From Rhodothermales bacterium (GTDB taxonomy: Bacteria; Bacteroidota; Rhodothermia; Rhodothermales; Bin80): a stretch of 64,000 bases of DNA. The notes under the pieces are model-generated. The model did no database searches, was not told the DNA's origin, and saw only the letters and a program-made list of their open reading frames with translations. How positions within the stretch are numbered: the first letter of the stretch is position 1; the number at the start of each line of letters is the position of its first letter. The translations under genes were made by a program, and so were the position numbers. This document shows positions 1 through 9,554 of the stretch, one piece after another. The DNA lies in contig OZ244148.1 in the NCBI GenBank assembly GCA_965216255.1, positions 4,692,359 through 4,756,358 on the forward strand. The letters run 5' to 3'.

Positions 1-1073
1 ACCTACAGGTAATTCATGAAGAGACACCTATACCCTCCGCAGTCAACAAGCTAGTTCAGGCGTTAAATGTCTTGAACTCTGCCTTGGTAGAGTTGGCCGA
101 CACTATGGGGGCAGGGATTCCGGGGCCGTTTTGGTGTGGCTCAAGCGAAATTCTGGATGGTAGACAACTCAAGCGGGTTTACCCAACAACAGCCGGAGAC
201 GAGGAGTTTTTGAATAGGGCGACCCTGATGTCAGCGCTGGTTCTAGAAGGGTTAGACTCCAAATCGCTACGAGGGCTACTCCGAGCTTGGGGTGAAAATC
301 TTCATTACAAGAGCTTCCGAAAGAACAAAGGCCAGTCTCTGGGTTCCCGTCAGCTCTTGGAACGAGTAGCGCTCATCGCCATCCTTGTCGAACACTTGCA
401 GCCGCCGAAATCGGAGTTGCCCGTGCTACTGAAACAAGCAGAAGGCCGGATTGACAGTGGAGATGCCGCTGATCTGCTGACTGAACCCGTGCTGTTACGT
501 CAACAAATACGAAAAGAAACGGCGCCGCTGGCCAAGCTATATGATCTTCGAACTCACGGCGGGATAGCTCATGTACCCGATACAGAGAAGATTGATCATG
601 CCATGGCTGAGCTCGGCTTGCCCGAGAGGAATTGGCATCGGACTCATTATCTGACCCTTACTGAACTTGTTGCCAAGAGCTTAAGACTAGTACACGCTCA
701 CCTAATTCAAGCCAGTCATATCCTGCTGATCACCGCTTACGGCACGCGAGCCTTCTCGGTCACAGCTGAGACGAACCCACACGAACGAATGCGGCGTATC
801 GCGGCCTTCAAAGCAGATGGCGAAGAATCCCTTGTATTTTGCAACTTCGGCGTGCTAACCACTGGTTTTGACGCCCCGCAAATTACATGTGCGCTCATCG
901 CGCGACCAACGGCTTCCCTGGTCCTCTACAGCCAGATGGTGGGCCGCGCCATTCGGGGACCGCGTGCCGGAGGGACTTCAGAGGCCCTCATCGTCACGGT
1001 CATCGATCAGAACCTACCCGGCTTCCGTAGCGCGGCAGAGGCCTTCACTAACTGGGAAGACGTATGGAACTAG
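1..1073 (+). CDS. SF2 (DEAD/DEAH-like) helicase, 3' part only; gene starts upstream of the window
   Basis: The frame of the listed 72..1073 ORF stays open back to nt 3 with no stop, so the TTG at 72 is not the true start. RecA2 motifs are present: motif V VLTTGFDAP and motif VI YSQMVGRAIRGP. The stop (1071-1073) overlaps the ATG (1064) of the next gene. Confidence 0.75.
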   Translation, partial: LQVIHEETPIPSAVNKLVQALNVLNSALVELADTMGAGIPGPFWCGSSEILDGRQLKRVYPTTAGDEEFLNRATLMSALVLEGLDSKSLRGLLRAWGENLHYKSFRKNKGQSLGSRQLLERVALIAILVEHLQPPKSELPVLLKQAEGRIDSGDAADLLTEPVLLRQQIRKETAPLAKLYDLRTHGGIAHVPDTEKIDHAMAELGLPERNWHRTHYLTLTELVAKSLRLVHAHLIQASHILLITAYGTRAFSVTAETNPHERMRRIAAFKADGEESLVFCNFGVLTTGFDAPQITCALIARPTASLVLYSQMVGRAIRGPRAGGTSEALIVTVIDQNLPGFRSAAEAFTNWEDVWN

Positions 1074-2461
1074 CCACTACAAACAACCTGGCGCACGAGC
1101 ACGACATCGTTCCGCCGCACCTCGCCGTACAAGCTATGCGAGACAATGGTTACAAGAACGCGGCGTATGCCCTCGCAGAACTCATAGATAACGCCATTCA
1201 GGCGAAGGCAACGGTCATTGAACTTCTGTGCGCTGAGCGGCGGGAGGTGGTAATGGCCAGGGAACGGGCGCGCGTCGATCAGGTGGCTGTTCTCGATAAC
1301 GGAGAGGGAATGGATGCCGACGTTCTCCGGATGGCACTGCAATTCGGCAACGGCACGCACCTCACCCCGGAGGAACAGAAGGGAATCGGCAAGTTTGGAA
1401 TGGGACTACCAAGCTCGTCCATCTCGCAGTGCAAGCGAGTCGACGTGTGGTCCTGGCAGGATGGCGTTAGTAGCGCTCTGCACTCCTATATCGACATTGA
1501 TGAAATCAAGAAGCGGACGCTGCGAAGTGTGCCCGAGCCAGAGCCACAGAACATTCCCGCGCTCTGGCGTGAGGCAGGGGGAACGTTTGGCGAGAGCGGG
1601 ACGCTGATCGTGTGGTCACGGCTCGACCGCATTCTTTGGAAGACGGCTCGGGCTTTCATTCGAAATTCGGAGAATCTCGTCGGCCGGTTATATCGAAAAT
1701 TCCTCACGGGTAGTAGTGTTCATGGGCCGGTCCGCATCCGCATGGCCGCCTTCAACATGGAAGACCCTTCGATTACAACCATCGAAGAGATAGCCCGTCC
1801 GAATGATCCAAGCTATCTCATCGCTGATACCTCCTGTCCGGAGCCGTTTGATAAGACGCCAATGTTTGAGAACTACGGTATCCCCATCGAACGCGAGATT
1901 CAGCGAGGTGACAAGACGCATCGTGTGTGCGTAACGTTCTCAATGTCGACCGAGGACGCACGAAGCCTGCCAAACGCAGGCGGCCTCCCACATGGGAAGC
2001 ACGCGGCGAACAACGTGGGCGTCTCTGTTGTCCGGGCCGGGCGCGAGCTTGAACTCAATAGCTCTTGGACGATCCAATACGACCCACGCGAGCGGTGGTG
2101 GGGCGTGGAAGTAGCCTTCCCGCCTTCCCTTGATGACCTTTTTGGCGTATCCAATAACAAGCAGTCCGCGCGAAACTTCCATCAGATCGACTACGACGCC
2201 CTGCGAGAGCCCGGGGAAACCGATACGCAGATGCTCGACAGACTAATGGAAGAAGAGCATCCGTTGGAACCCGTACTTCGTCTCTCCCACGACATCGAAA
2301 GCCGGCTGCGCGTTATCCGGGGGCTCATAAAGGTGCAGCGTGCGGGTGAAAGGGAAAAGCGGCGGCGGCACCAAGGGAACCACGACGCAGAGCGTATAGC
2401 AACAGAGAAGACGAGGGAGCGCCAGCCCAAGTTTACCATTGTGCTTCATAACATGTTGTAA
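1064..2461 (+). pseudogene. GHKL (MORC/HATPase_c_3-like) ATPase, 5' part, interrupted by an IS element
   Basis: Bergerat-fold motifs are present: N-box ELIDNAIQA, G1 LDNGEGMD, G2 GKFGMGLPSS. The ORF terminates at 2461 where IS1634-family sequence begins. The probable 3' continuation is at 4546..5070. Confidence 0.7.
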
Positions 2462-4550
2462 AGTATAGACTTGAAAATTGTTCTGGCACAACAAATAGCC
2501 ACCAAGTGAGGTTTTATGCCTTAGGTCATATGATCGTCTTGTGCATGGCCAAGGGCAGTGGATCGATGCACAAGGCATCGTAAATGGCCCTTAGTTCCAT
2601 ATCCGGCTGCGAGCTGGTGCGGACATGGAGTGTCCGTGCGTCCTTGCGCTCGAAGATGCTGGTCGTGCGAACCTGACGCCGAAGGATCCTCCTGAGTGTC
2701 GTCCAGCTGAAGCGTAGTCCTTTCTGGCGCAGACGCGTACGAATCACCTGCACCAACTGGTAAGCCAGGACCGTGATGAATAGATGGCCCTCCGCGCGCC
2801 GGCCTGTGGAATGATAGATCGGTCGCAGTCCGAGTTCCGACTTCAGGGACCGGAACACCGCTTCCAGATCGGTCAGCATCACATACGTGCGCCAGAGCTC
2901 TTCCGCGGTGAACTCCATCTCGTTGCTGCGCAGGCAATAGACGCCCGGATCGGTCATCAACGCGGGTGCTTTCGGCGTCTTTGTCCACGTGATGGACTGG
3001 GCCCGCTTGCCGTCCTCATCCGTCTCCACTTCTATCTCGTAATGCTGTCCGATGCCGCTGAAGCTCTGCTTCAATCGGCCGATACGTTCCCTTATGAGGT
3101 CGATGCGCTTTTGCGTCTTCGGCAGGGCAAGCCCCTCGGAAAGCTTGCCGAGGGCCTCCTCGAATCTTTCCGCTTTCTGCTTCACCTTGGCCTCTTCCAT
3201 CGCCATGCGGGACCGGGATCGGCAACAGAGCCGCACCTCGTCGTCTGCCTCCTCCCGGTACACCTCGACGTCACTGCCCGAGGCCGTCTGAAGAGCCTCG
3301 GCCTGCTGCTCATCAAAATGCTTCCTGCGCTCTCTTGATACCACGATGTAGCGGTAGCCCTCCTCTCGCAGCCAGTCTATGCGGTCCTGTGTGGCAATGC
3401 CCCGATCCATCACCACACGTGCGTTCTTGGGCGTCTCCAGGGACTCCAGCATCTCCTTGAGCGTGGACGCTTCGTTTACGTTGCCCTTGAAGACTTGGCT
3501 ACGACGCACGAACCCGCTGCCGCGCGTTACAAGAGCCAGCGTGAGCAGCACGCAGTCACTGCGACGCTCCTTCGAGCGTCCGTACTTGGCCTTGTCGATG
3601 CTCTTGCCACTGCCTTCCAGGAAGCTGCCCTTCAGATCATAGAGCGCGATCGTGGGCTCCAGATCAAACAGGTCCAGCGCCCGTGCAAAGAGGTGGTCCT
3701 CTATGGCCTTGCGGTGTTTGTGCAGCATGTCGCTGGCCCGGTACAGCTGCATGTCGGCCATCTTCTCGAAGTTGCAGCCCAGAAACTCGTCCAGGCCACT
3801 GGCAGAGGCCAGCCAACGCTTCGTGGCATGTTCGCTGGCCGGCTCGGCCAGACGGCCTATGATGGAGCCCGTGGCTGCATGCCGGAGGCCTCGTGTGATG
3901 CCAAGCTTCTCGAAGAGCTCATCCATGCCCAACTGCTCCATGGCCCAGAGCCCCACATGTTCTACGCCCACCGTGCGGGGCCGGACCGTTTTGAGCGAGT
4001 GGACATCCACATGGTGCCATTCGCGCGGCGGCGTCTCGCCCTTGCCCTCGGTCACGGCTACCGCCTTGCGCGCACTCAAAAGTTCTGCAATGCGGTGGGC
4101 CTCCTCTTCCACGCGACGGCAGCAACGCCCATGGGTACGAGTTCGAGCTGGCCCTTGAGCAGTGCCTCAATCCGGTTGCAGAGCGCACGCCAGTAGCGTT
4201 TGTCGATGCGGAAGTGGGCACCGAGATTGAGCAGGGTCTTCTGCCGGACCTTGCCCTCTATGCGTTCGCCGTGGCAGAGCCGAAAGGAATAGTAGCGTGT
4301 AGCGTTGTCGGTGGTATGGGTAAGCGATCGTCGGATATACATAGGGGGAAGATAGGGTTGGGAACCACTGCCCGCAATAGCCATCCATATTTTATGGCAC
4401 AACATTCGTATTTCAGTTTCTGTGAATCTCAAAAATGGTGCGTTGGTGGGAGCTTGTGGGGCTCTGGTGGGGCCAAGCACCATAAATTCCGACAAAACAG
4501 GCCTAAAGTGGGGACTCATCCCTAAAAAGCTCTCGAAATAATTAACTGCG
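2440..4550 (-). mobile_element. IS1634-family insertion sequence (boundaries approximate)
   Basis: It contains a DDE transposase with typical IS1634 blocks: YIRRS..RYYSFRL..GKVRQKTLLNLG, YDL..FLEG, GRSKERRSDC, VVMDRGIAT, FRSLKSELGLRPIYH. It sits between the two halves of the GHKL gene. I could not identify terminal inverted repeats or a target duplication by eye. Confidence 0.7.
2526..4342 (-). pseudogene. IS1634-family transposase carrying one frameshift near 4100-4125
   Basis: The N-terminal part (from MYIRRSLTHT at 4342, inside ORF 4076..4519) and the main body (ORF 2526..4112) are in different frames and overlap at about 4076-4112. Confidence 0.65.
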
Positions 4551-5070
4551 ATTATTGCCGACCTTCAAATTCAGCCGCCAAATGGTAAAGATGGGCCAGG
4601 AGGAAGGACACGCGGGAGAAAGCGACGAGCAGGAAGAGAAGGAATCAGGAGAGCGCGTTAAGGAGATCCGTGACGAACTTGTTCGAACCGGGATATCTGC
4701 AAAGGCAGCCGAGGATCTCGCCGTAAAGACGGTCTATGATGGGCTCAAATATATGTTCATCCCGGTCGACATGGAGGGCGAAGCGTTCTTTTCGGTCAGG
4801 CCCAAGGGAGGCTCTATGATCGTTCACCTGAACATCAACCATACTGCCTATTCGAAGCTAGTAGAACTGCTTGAAGGGGAGACAGATGATGCTTCGAGCG
4901 AGGAATTGAAGGATCGCCTCCGACGGGCGCGCGAGGGCCTCCGTCTCCTCTTATTCGCTTGGGCTCGCTACGAGGACGAGCAGCTAGGCAAGAAGAGCCG
5001 TGAGTGGGCACAGATGACTCGGACGGACTGGGGACGCATTGCCCGGCGTTTCCTCGACTATGATGAATAG
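4546..5070 (+). pseudogene. Probable 3' part of the interrupted GHKL ATPase gene
   Basis: The frame is open from 4546, immediately after the IS. The product is acidic and helical (..MIVHLNINHTAYSKLVELLEG..) with no independent start context. Its stop at 5068-5070 is 3 nt before the GTG of the PLD gene. Assigning it as the C-terminus of the GHKL protein is an inference. Confidence 0.45.
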
Positions 5071-5073
5071 GCC

Positions 5074-6066
5074 GTGCATCTCGTAACCCTTCACGCAGCA
5101 GACCTCGGCGACTGCCTGTGCAATGTGGCCGCGGGAGCCCGCGAGGTTATTCTCGTGGCACCTTTCGTCAAACGGGTTGCGCTCCGCCGTCTCCTTGACG
5201 CGGTCCCCACGACAGCACGCGTACGCTGCGTCACGCGCTGGCGACTGGAGGAGGTTCTCGCTGGCGTGAGCGATCTCGATGTCTGGACCCTGCTCACCGA
5301 GCGAAGTGGCTCGCTTGCCCTCCTCCCCCACCTGCACGCGAAGTATTACCGCTTTGACGACGTCGCCTTTGTAGGCTCAGCCAACATCACTGCCACAGCC
5401 CTCGATTGGCGTTCACAGGCAAATTTGGAGTTGCTTATCGAGATGCTTCCCACCGCGGAACTCCTAGCTTTTGAAGCTGCTGTGCAGAGGCAGGCGACTT
5501 CAGTTGACATGGCCATGTATCAGCACATGCAAGTGCTTGTTGATGCACTCCGCCCACAGGAGACAACGCTTGGTAGGGTGCCTGAAGTAGAAAAGGGCAA
5601 AAACATAAATACGAAGAGAGAGGCAACGGACTCAGCATTCGGGGAGAAGGACGCGGTTGGCCTCTGGTTGCCGAAATCGAGAACGCCTCAGGCGCTTTAT
5701 GAATTCTATCGCGGCGCTGATGACCTTCTCACGCGAGGGGCCAGGGAGGCTGCCGCTCTTGACCTTGCAGCCTTTCCACTTCCTCCTGGTCTGGAGGAAA
5801 AAGCATTCAACACGTACGTAGGGTGGTACCTCATACAAACGCCCGTCGTGCGTCGCATCGATGCTTTCGTGGCAGAACCACAGCGGTTCGGAGCCGTCCG
5901 GACGCTCCTTCAGCGAATGGAGGACTACCCGGATCGCCGGGATACTGCACGTGACTGGCAATCGCTTATGAGATGGCTTCTTTACTTTCTGCCAGGTCAT
6001 TACCAGGCATGGGAAGCGAAATACTCGGAGATCTTTGTCCGAGTTACGAATTGCATAATCCGATGA
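5074..6066 (+). CDS. Phospholipase D-family (single HKD motif) nuclease-like protein
   Basis: A canonical HxK(x)4D(x)6GSxN motif is present: HLHAKYYRFDDVAFVGSANIT. It is the only HKD copy, as in Nuc/BfiI-type dimeric nucleases. GTG start. Confidence 0.75.
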   Translation: MHLVTLHAADLGDCLCNVAAGAREVILVAPFVKRVALRRLLDAVPTTARVRCVTRWRLEEVLAGVSDLDVWTLLTERSGSLALLPHLHAKYYRFDDVAFVGSANITATALDWRSQANLELLIEMLPTAELLAFEAAVQRQATSVDMAMYQHMQVLVDALRPQETTLGRVPEVEKGKNINTKREATDSAFGEKDAVGLWLPKSRTPQALYEFYRGADDLLTRGAREAAALDLAAFPLPPGLEEKAFNTYVGWYLIQTPVVRRIDAFVAEPQRFGAVRTLLQRMEDYPDRRDTARDWQSLMRWLLYFLPGHYQAWEAKYSEIFVRVTNCIIR

Positions 6067-6194
6067 AATCGTCCACCCTGACCGTTGTGAGTCGACTGGG
6101 GTTGGTTAACCTGAAATCTCCTTGTTGTATAACTCATTTTATGAGATCATGATGGACTATAGCCAATATTTACCAGGAGTAGTGAAGGATATGC

Positions 6195-6660
6195 CTAATA
6201 ATATGATGCTGTAGATGACCCCATGTTAAAGAAGATCTTACCCGCGGAAGGCGCTTTACTGGGTACAGTCGCTACCGAATCTTCACTCTCAGCAATTCGA
6301 AGACGCGGGCCTGGAGGGCGATCATGTCTCCAAGCATCGTGAAGGAGACGCCCTTCTTGCCGATCAGGGGCTCTACCTGAGCCCTCATAGCGTGCACAGA
6401 TGCGCCATGAGGGCGGCAAAGCTAAATGCCTTGTGCCGCGTCCGTTTGGAACGGGCTTTCTGCTCTGCCGAGGGCGAACGCCCTGCCGCATGGATGATAC
6501 TACGACGAGCAGCCTTCTTGCCTTCCAGGTCATCTTCGGCAAAGAGTATCGGAGCCAAACGCTGTTTCATGGTAACCCGACTTCGTGTGCGCGGTGATAA
6601 GGCGCACGCGAAGTCAGGCCAAGTGGGGTCCATGATATCCGCGGGGAGCAGCACCGATTA
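6195..6660 (-). mobile_element. Remnant (3' end only) of a second IS1634-like element
   Basis: It encodes HMKQRLAPILFAEDDLEGKKAAR.. and, after frame changes, ..IALQARVFELLRVKIR. It is clearly alignable at DNA level with 57290-57520 plus 59313-59425. No transposase body is present. Confidence 0.6.
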
Positions 6661-6782
6661 TAGGGATCCGTTGGGTGTGTTTGCGACGGTGCCCGTTTGC
6701 CCTTGAGGTCGAGTCTCGGCAGAACCATTTCCGGGCATTCCTGTTGCGCATCGTTTGCCTTTCACAATTGAATTCGAATTAG

Positions 6783-9554
6783 ATGGGATCAAGTCAAGGC
6801 GCTGAGGGAATGTCGTTGCAGAACTGGATCGGAGCCCGGTGGTGGAAATGCGATCTTCACACGCATACACCTGCATCCTGCGACTTCGGTAAGGGCCTGA
6901 GTCAAGCAACACTTAGCCAGTGTACGCCGCGTGAGTGGCTGCTTGTCTACATGCGCGCGGGTATCGACTGCGTGGCCGTCACGGACCACGACGGCGGCGA
7001 TTGGATCGATCTTCTACAGGATGCCCTAGCCGTACTCGAGCGTGATAAACCTGCGGATTTTCGGCCGCTGTATCTGTTCCCCGGTGTCGAGATTTCAGTT
7101 CATGGAGACGTGCACCTACTTGCTATTTTTCCAACGGAAACGAACCAGTCAGACATAGACAGACTGCTCGGCGCAGTTGGTTTTACGGCAGGCAGCACAG
7201 TGACGACAAAGCCCTTCGAGAAGGTCGTTAAAGAAATTGTGAATGCGAAAGGCATTGCCATTCCAGCGCACGCTGACAAAGAAAAGGGCCTCTTGCAGAA
7301 GAGCCCGGGCCCAACGCTGGAGCAGGCGTTGGGCTGCGATAAAATATTTGCAATGGAAATCGTGGATTCCGATTTTGAAAAGCCACAACTCTACCGCGAC
7401 AAGAAACTGAAGTGGACCGAAATTCTAGGTTCCGACTCCCACCATCTTTCCGGCCAACCGGGGGGCCGCTTTCCTGGGAGCCGCTTCACTTGGGTGAAGA
7501 TGGGCTCACCCAATCTTGATGGACTGCAGCTTGCTCTGCTCGACGGCGCTCTCTCAGTGCGCCGTTCCGACAAGCATCCCGACACGCCGAACCGACACGC
7601 CGAGTGGGTTTTGGAGTCCATCGAGGTAATCAATACTAAATACATGGGCCGGGAGAGTCCATTCGTTGTACCACTCAACCCATGGTTGAATGCCATCGTC
7701 GGTGGACGCGGCACCGGAAAATCTTCCCTGATAGAGTTCCTAAGGATTGCGTTGCGCCGCCAGGGCGAGCTGCCGGACGAGTTGACGCCGGAGTTTGAGA
7801 AATATGCCGACGTCTGTCGGACTCGGGGCGGCAGTGGATTGCTAACCGTTGGGACGAAGGTTCGCGTGATCTATTCGAAAAGCGAATCGAAATTCCGCAT
7901 CCAGTGGGACCCGGATGGCAGCTCAAATGCGATCGAACAGAAGACGGAGGACGGAGGGTGGTCGCAGGCGGAGGGCGATGTTATTCACCGCTTTCCGGTT
8001 CGAATGTACAGCCAGAAACAGATCTTTCACCTGGCTAAGGCACCTAGTGCACTTCTTAGCATCGTGGACGATGCATCAGACGTGGATCACCAATCTTGGA
8101 GCAGCCGCTGGCGGAAGGAGGAGAATCGCTTTCTTTCTTTACGGTTGAGGACTCGGGAAGTCGAGGCTGAACTGAAGAAAAAGAATCGGCTAGGAGGTGA
8201 ACTTGAGGACGTGAAACGGAAGCTGGCGATCTTTGAGAAGAGTGGTCATGCCGATGTTCTGCGTTCGTACCAATATCACCGGCGTCAACAGCGAGTAATC
8301 GAGAATTGGCAGGTACAGTGGGCCCACGCGGGCGAACGAGTTCGGCAGGCGGGGACGAATTTCGTTCCGGATACTCTTGGAGTCGCCTATATCGATGCCG
8401 AGGCTAAGGCAGACTCGTCACTCTTGAAAAATGCCCAAACCGTTCGGGAACGCCTTGAAGCAATTCGGCAGCAACTGGAGCAGATCGCAATAGAAGCGGA
8501 CAACACGCTCGCCGAGTGGAGGGCGACGCTGGAGCAATCGGCTTGGAGACAGGCGGCCAATTCGGCTAATGATGCCTATGAGTCTCTGTCGGAGCAGTTG
8601 GCGGAGGAAGGGGTCAGTGATCCGAAGGACTACGGCTCACACATGCAACGCCGACAACTCATTGAGCAGGAGTTGGACGAGTTGGAGAGTCAAGAAAAGG
8701 AAATGGAGAGCTTAAGGGTCCAGGCAGATGACAGCCGCATGCAGTTACTTAAGATCCGCCAAGAGCTGACCAAGACCCGTCGCTCGTTCCTGGAAGGTGT
8801 GCTGATGGACAACCCCTACGTGCGTATTCAAGTCGTACCATACGGAGAACAAGAGACAGTCGAGACTGAGTTCCGCCGCCTGATCCAGAGGGATGATGAA
8901 AGCTTCGAGAAGGACATTCGATCACTCTTGGAGCCGCTCGAAAGGTTCCAGAAAAAGAAAAACAGCGCAACACAAATCGAAAAGGAGCTGGAAAAAATAA
9001 AGCAAGGGGTCCGTGCGATCGTTGAAGGCTCTGACCGCCCCGTAGATATGCGCTTCAAGTCTCATCTTAGCAAGTTGCAACCGGAGGTGTTCGATCGCCT
9101 CGACACATGGTTTCCCCAAGATTCCTTGGATGTCCAATACAGTCCGAAGGGCGACGGCGGAAACCTTCAACCTATCAGTGCGGGCTCGCCGGGTCAGAAG
9201 ACTGCGGCGCTCTTGGCATTCCTGCTCTCCTACGGTCGTGAACCACTAGTTCTGGATCAGCCGGAAGATGACCTCGACAACCGATTGATCCACGAATTGA
9301 TCGTTAAGCAGATCCGCGAGGAGAAGCAGAAGCGGCAAATAATTGTGGTAACGCACAATCCGAACATTGTGGTCAACGGCGATGCCGAGCTCGTTGTCGC
9401 GCTCGCCGCCAAGAATGGCAGGACACAAAAAGAGTGTGTAGGTAGTCTTCAGGAAAGGAAAGTGCGGGAAACCATCTGCACAATTATGGAGGGAGGTCTG
9501 GAAGCATTCAAGGAGCGGTATAACCGCATCACGATGAGAGTATCTGATGTCTGA
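6783..9554 (+). CDS. PHP-domain phosphoesterase fused to an ABC/SMC(Rad50/SbcC/RecF)-like ATPase
   Basis: PHP motifs: WWKCDLHTHTP, AVTDHD, HLLAIF, IPAHAD, GSDSHH. ATPase motifs: Walker A GGRGTGKSS, a long charged heptad-like middle segment, signature-like SAGSPGQKTA, Walker B LVLDQPEDDLD, H-loop VVTHNPN. Confidence 0.8.
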   Translation: MGSSQGAEGMSLQNWIGARWWKCDLHTHTPASCDFGKGLSQATLSQCTPREWLLVYMRAGIDCVAVTDHDGGDWIDLLQDALAVLERDKPADFRPLYLFPGVEISVHGDVHLLAIFPTETNQSDIDRLLGAVGFTAGSTVTTKPFEKVVKEIVNAKGIAIPAHADKEKGLLQKSPGPTLEQALGCDKIFAMEIVDSDFEKPQLYRDKKLKWTEILGSDSHHLSGQPGGRFPGSRFTWVKMGSPNLDGLQLALLDGALSVRRSDKHPDTPNRHAEWVLESIEVINTKYMGRESPFVVPLNPWLNAIVGGRGTGKSSLIEFLRIALRRQGELPDELTPEFEKYADVCRTRGGSGLLTVGTKVRVIYSKSESKFRIQWDPDGSSNAIEQKTEDGGWSQAEGDVIHRFPVRMYSQKQIFHLAKAPSALLSIVDDASDVDHQSWSSRWRKEENRFLSLRLRTREVEAELKKKNRLGGELEDVKRKLAIFEKSGHADVLRSYQYHRRQQRVIENWQVQWAHAGERVRQAGTNFVPDTLGVAYIDAEAKADSSLLKNAQTVRERLEAIRQQLEQIAIEADNTLAEWRATLEQSAWRQAANSANDAYESLSEQLAEEGVSDPKDYGSHMQRRQLIEQELDELESQEKEMESLRVQADDSRMQLLKIRQELTKTRRSFLEGVLMDNPYVRIQVVPYGEQETVETEFRRLIQRDDESFEKDIRSLLEPLERFQKKKNSATQIEKELEKIKQGVRAIVEGSDRPVDMRFKSHLSKLQPEVFDRLDTWFPQDSLDVQYSPKGDGGNLQPISAGSPGQKTAALLAFLLSYGREPLVLDQPEDDLDNRLIHELIVKQIREEKQKRQIIVVTHNPNIVVNGDAELVVALAAKNGRTQKECVGSLQERKVRETICTIMEGGLEAFKERYNRITMRVSDV

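Noticed and set aside
72-74. The TTG at 72 as the start of the first gene.
   Set aside because: The frame is open to the window edge, and a helicase needs its RecA1 half (Walker A/B), which is absent here. The gene is 5'-truncated by the window.
2480-4405. A shared 10-12-nt string (..tggcacaaca..) near both ends of the IS1634-family element, as candidate termini.
   Set aside because: The two copies are in direct, not inverted, orientation and lie inside the presumed element. They are not usable as terminal repeats.
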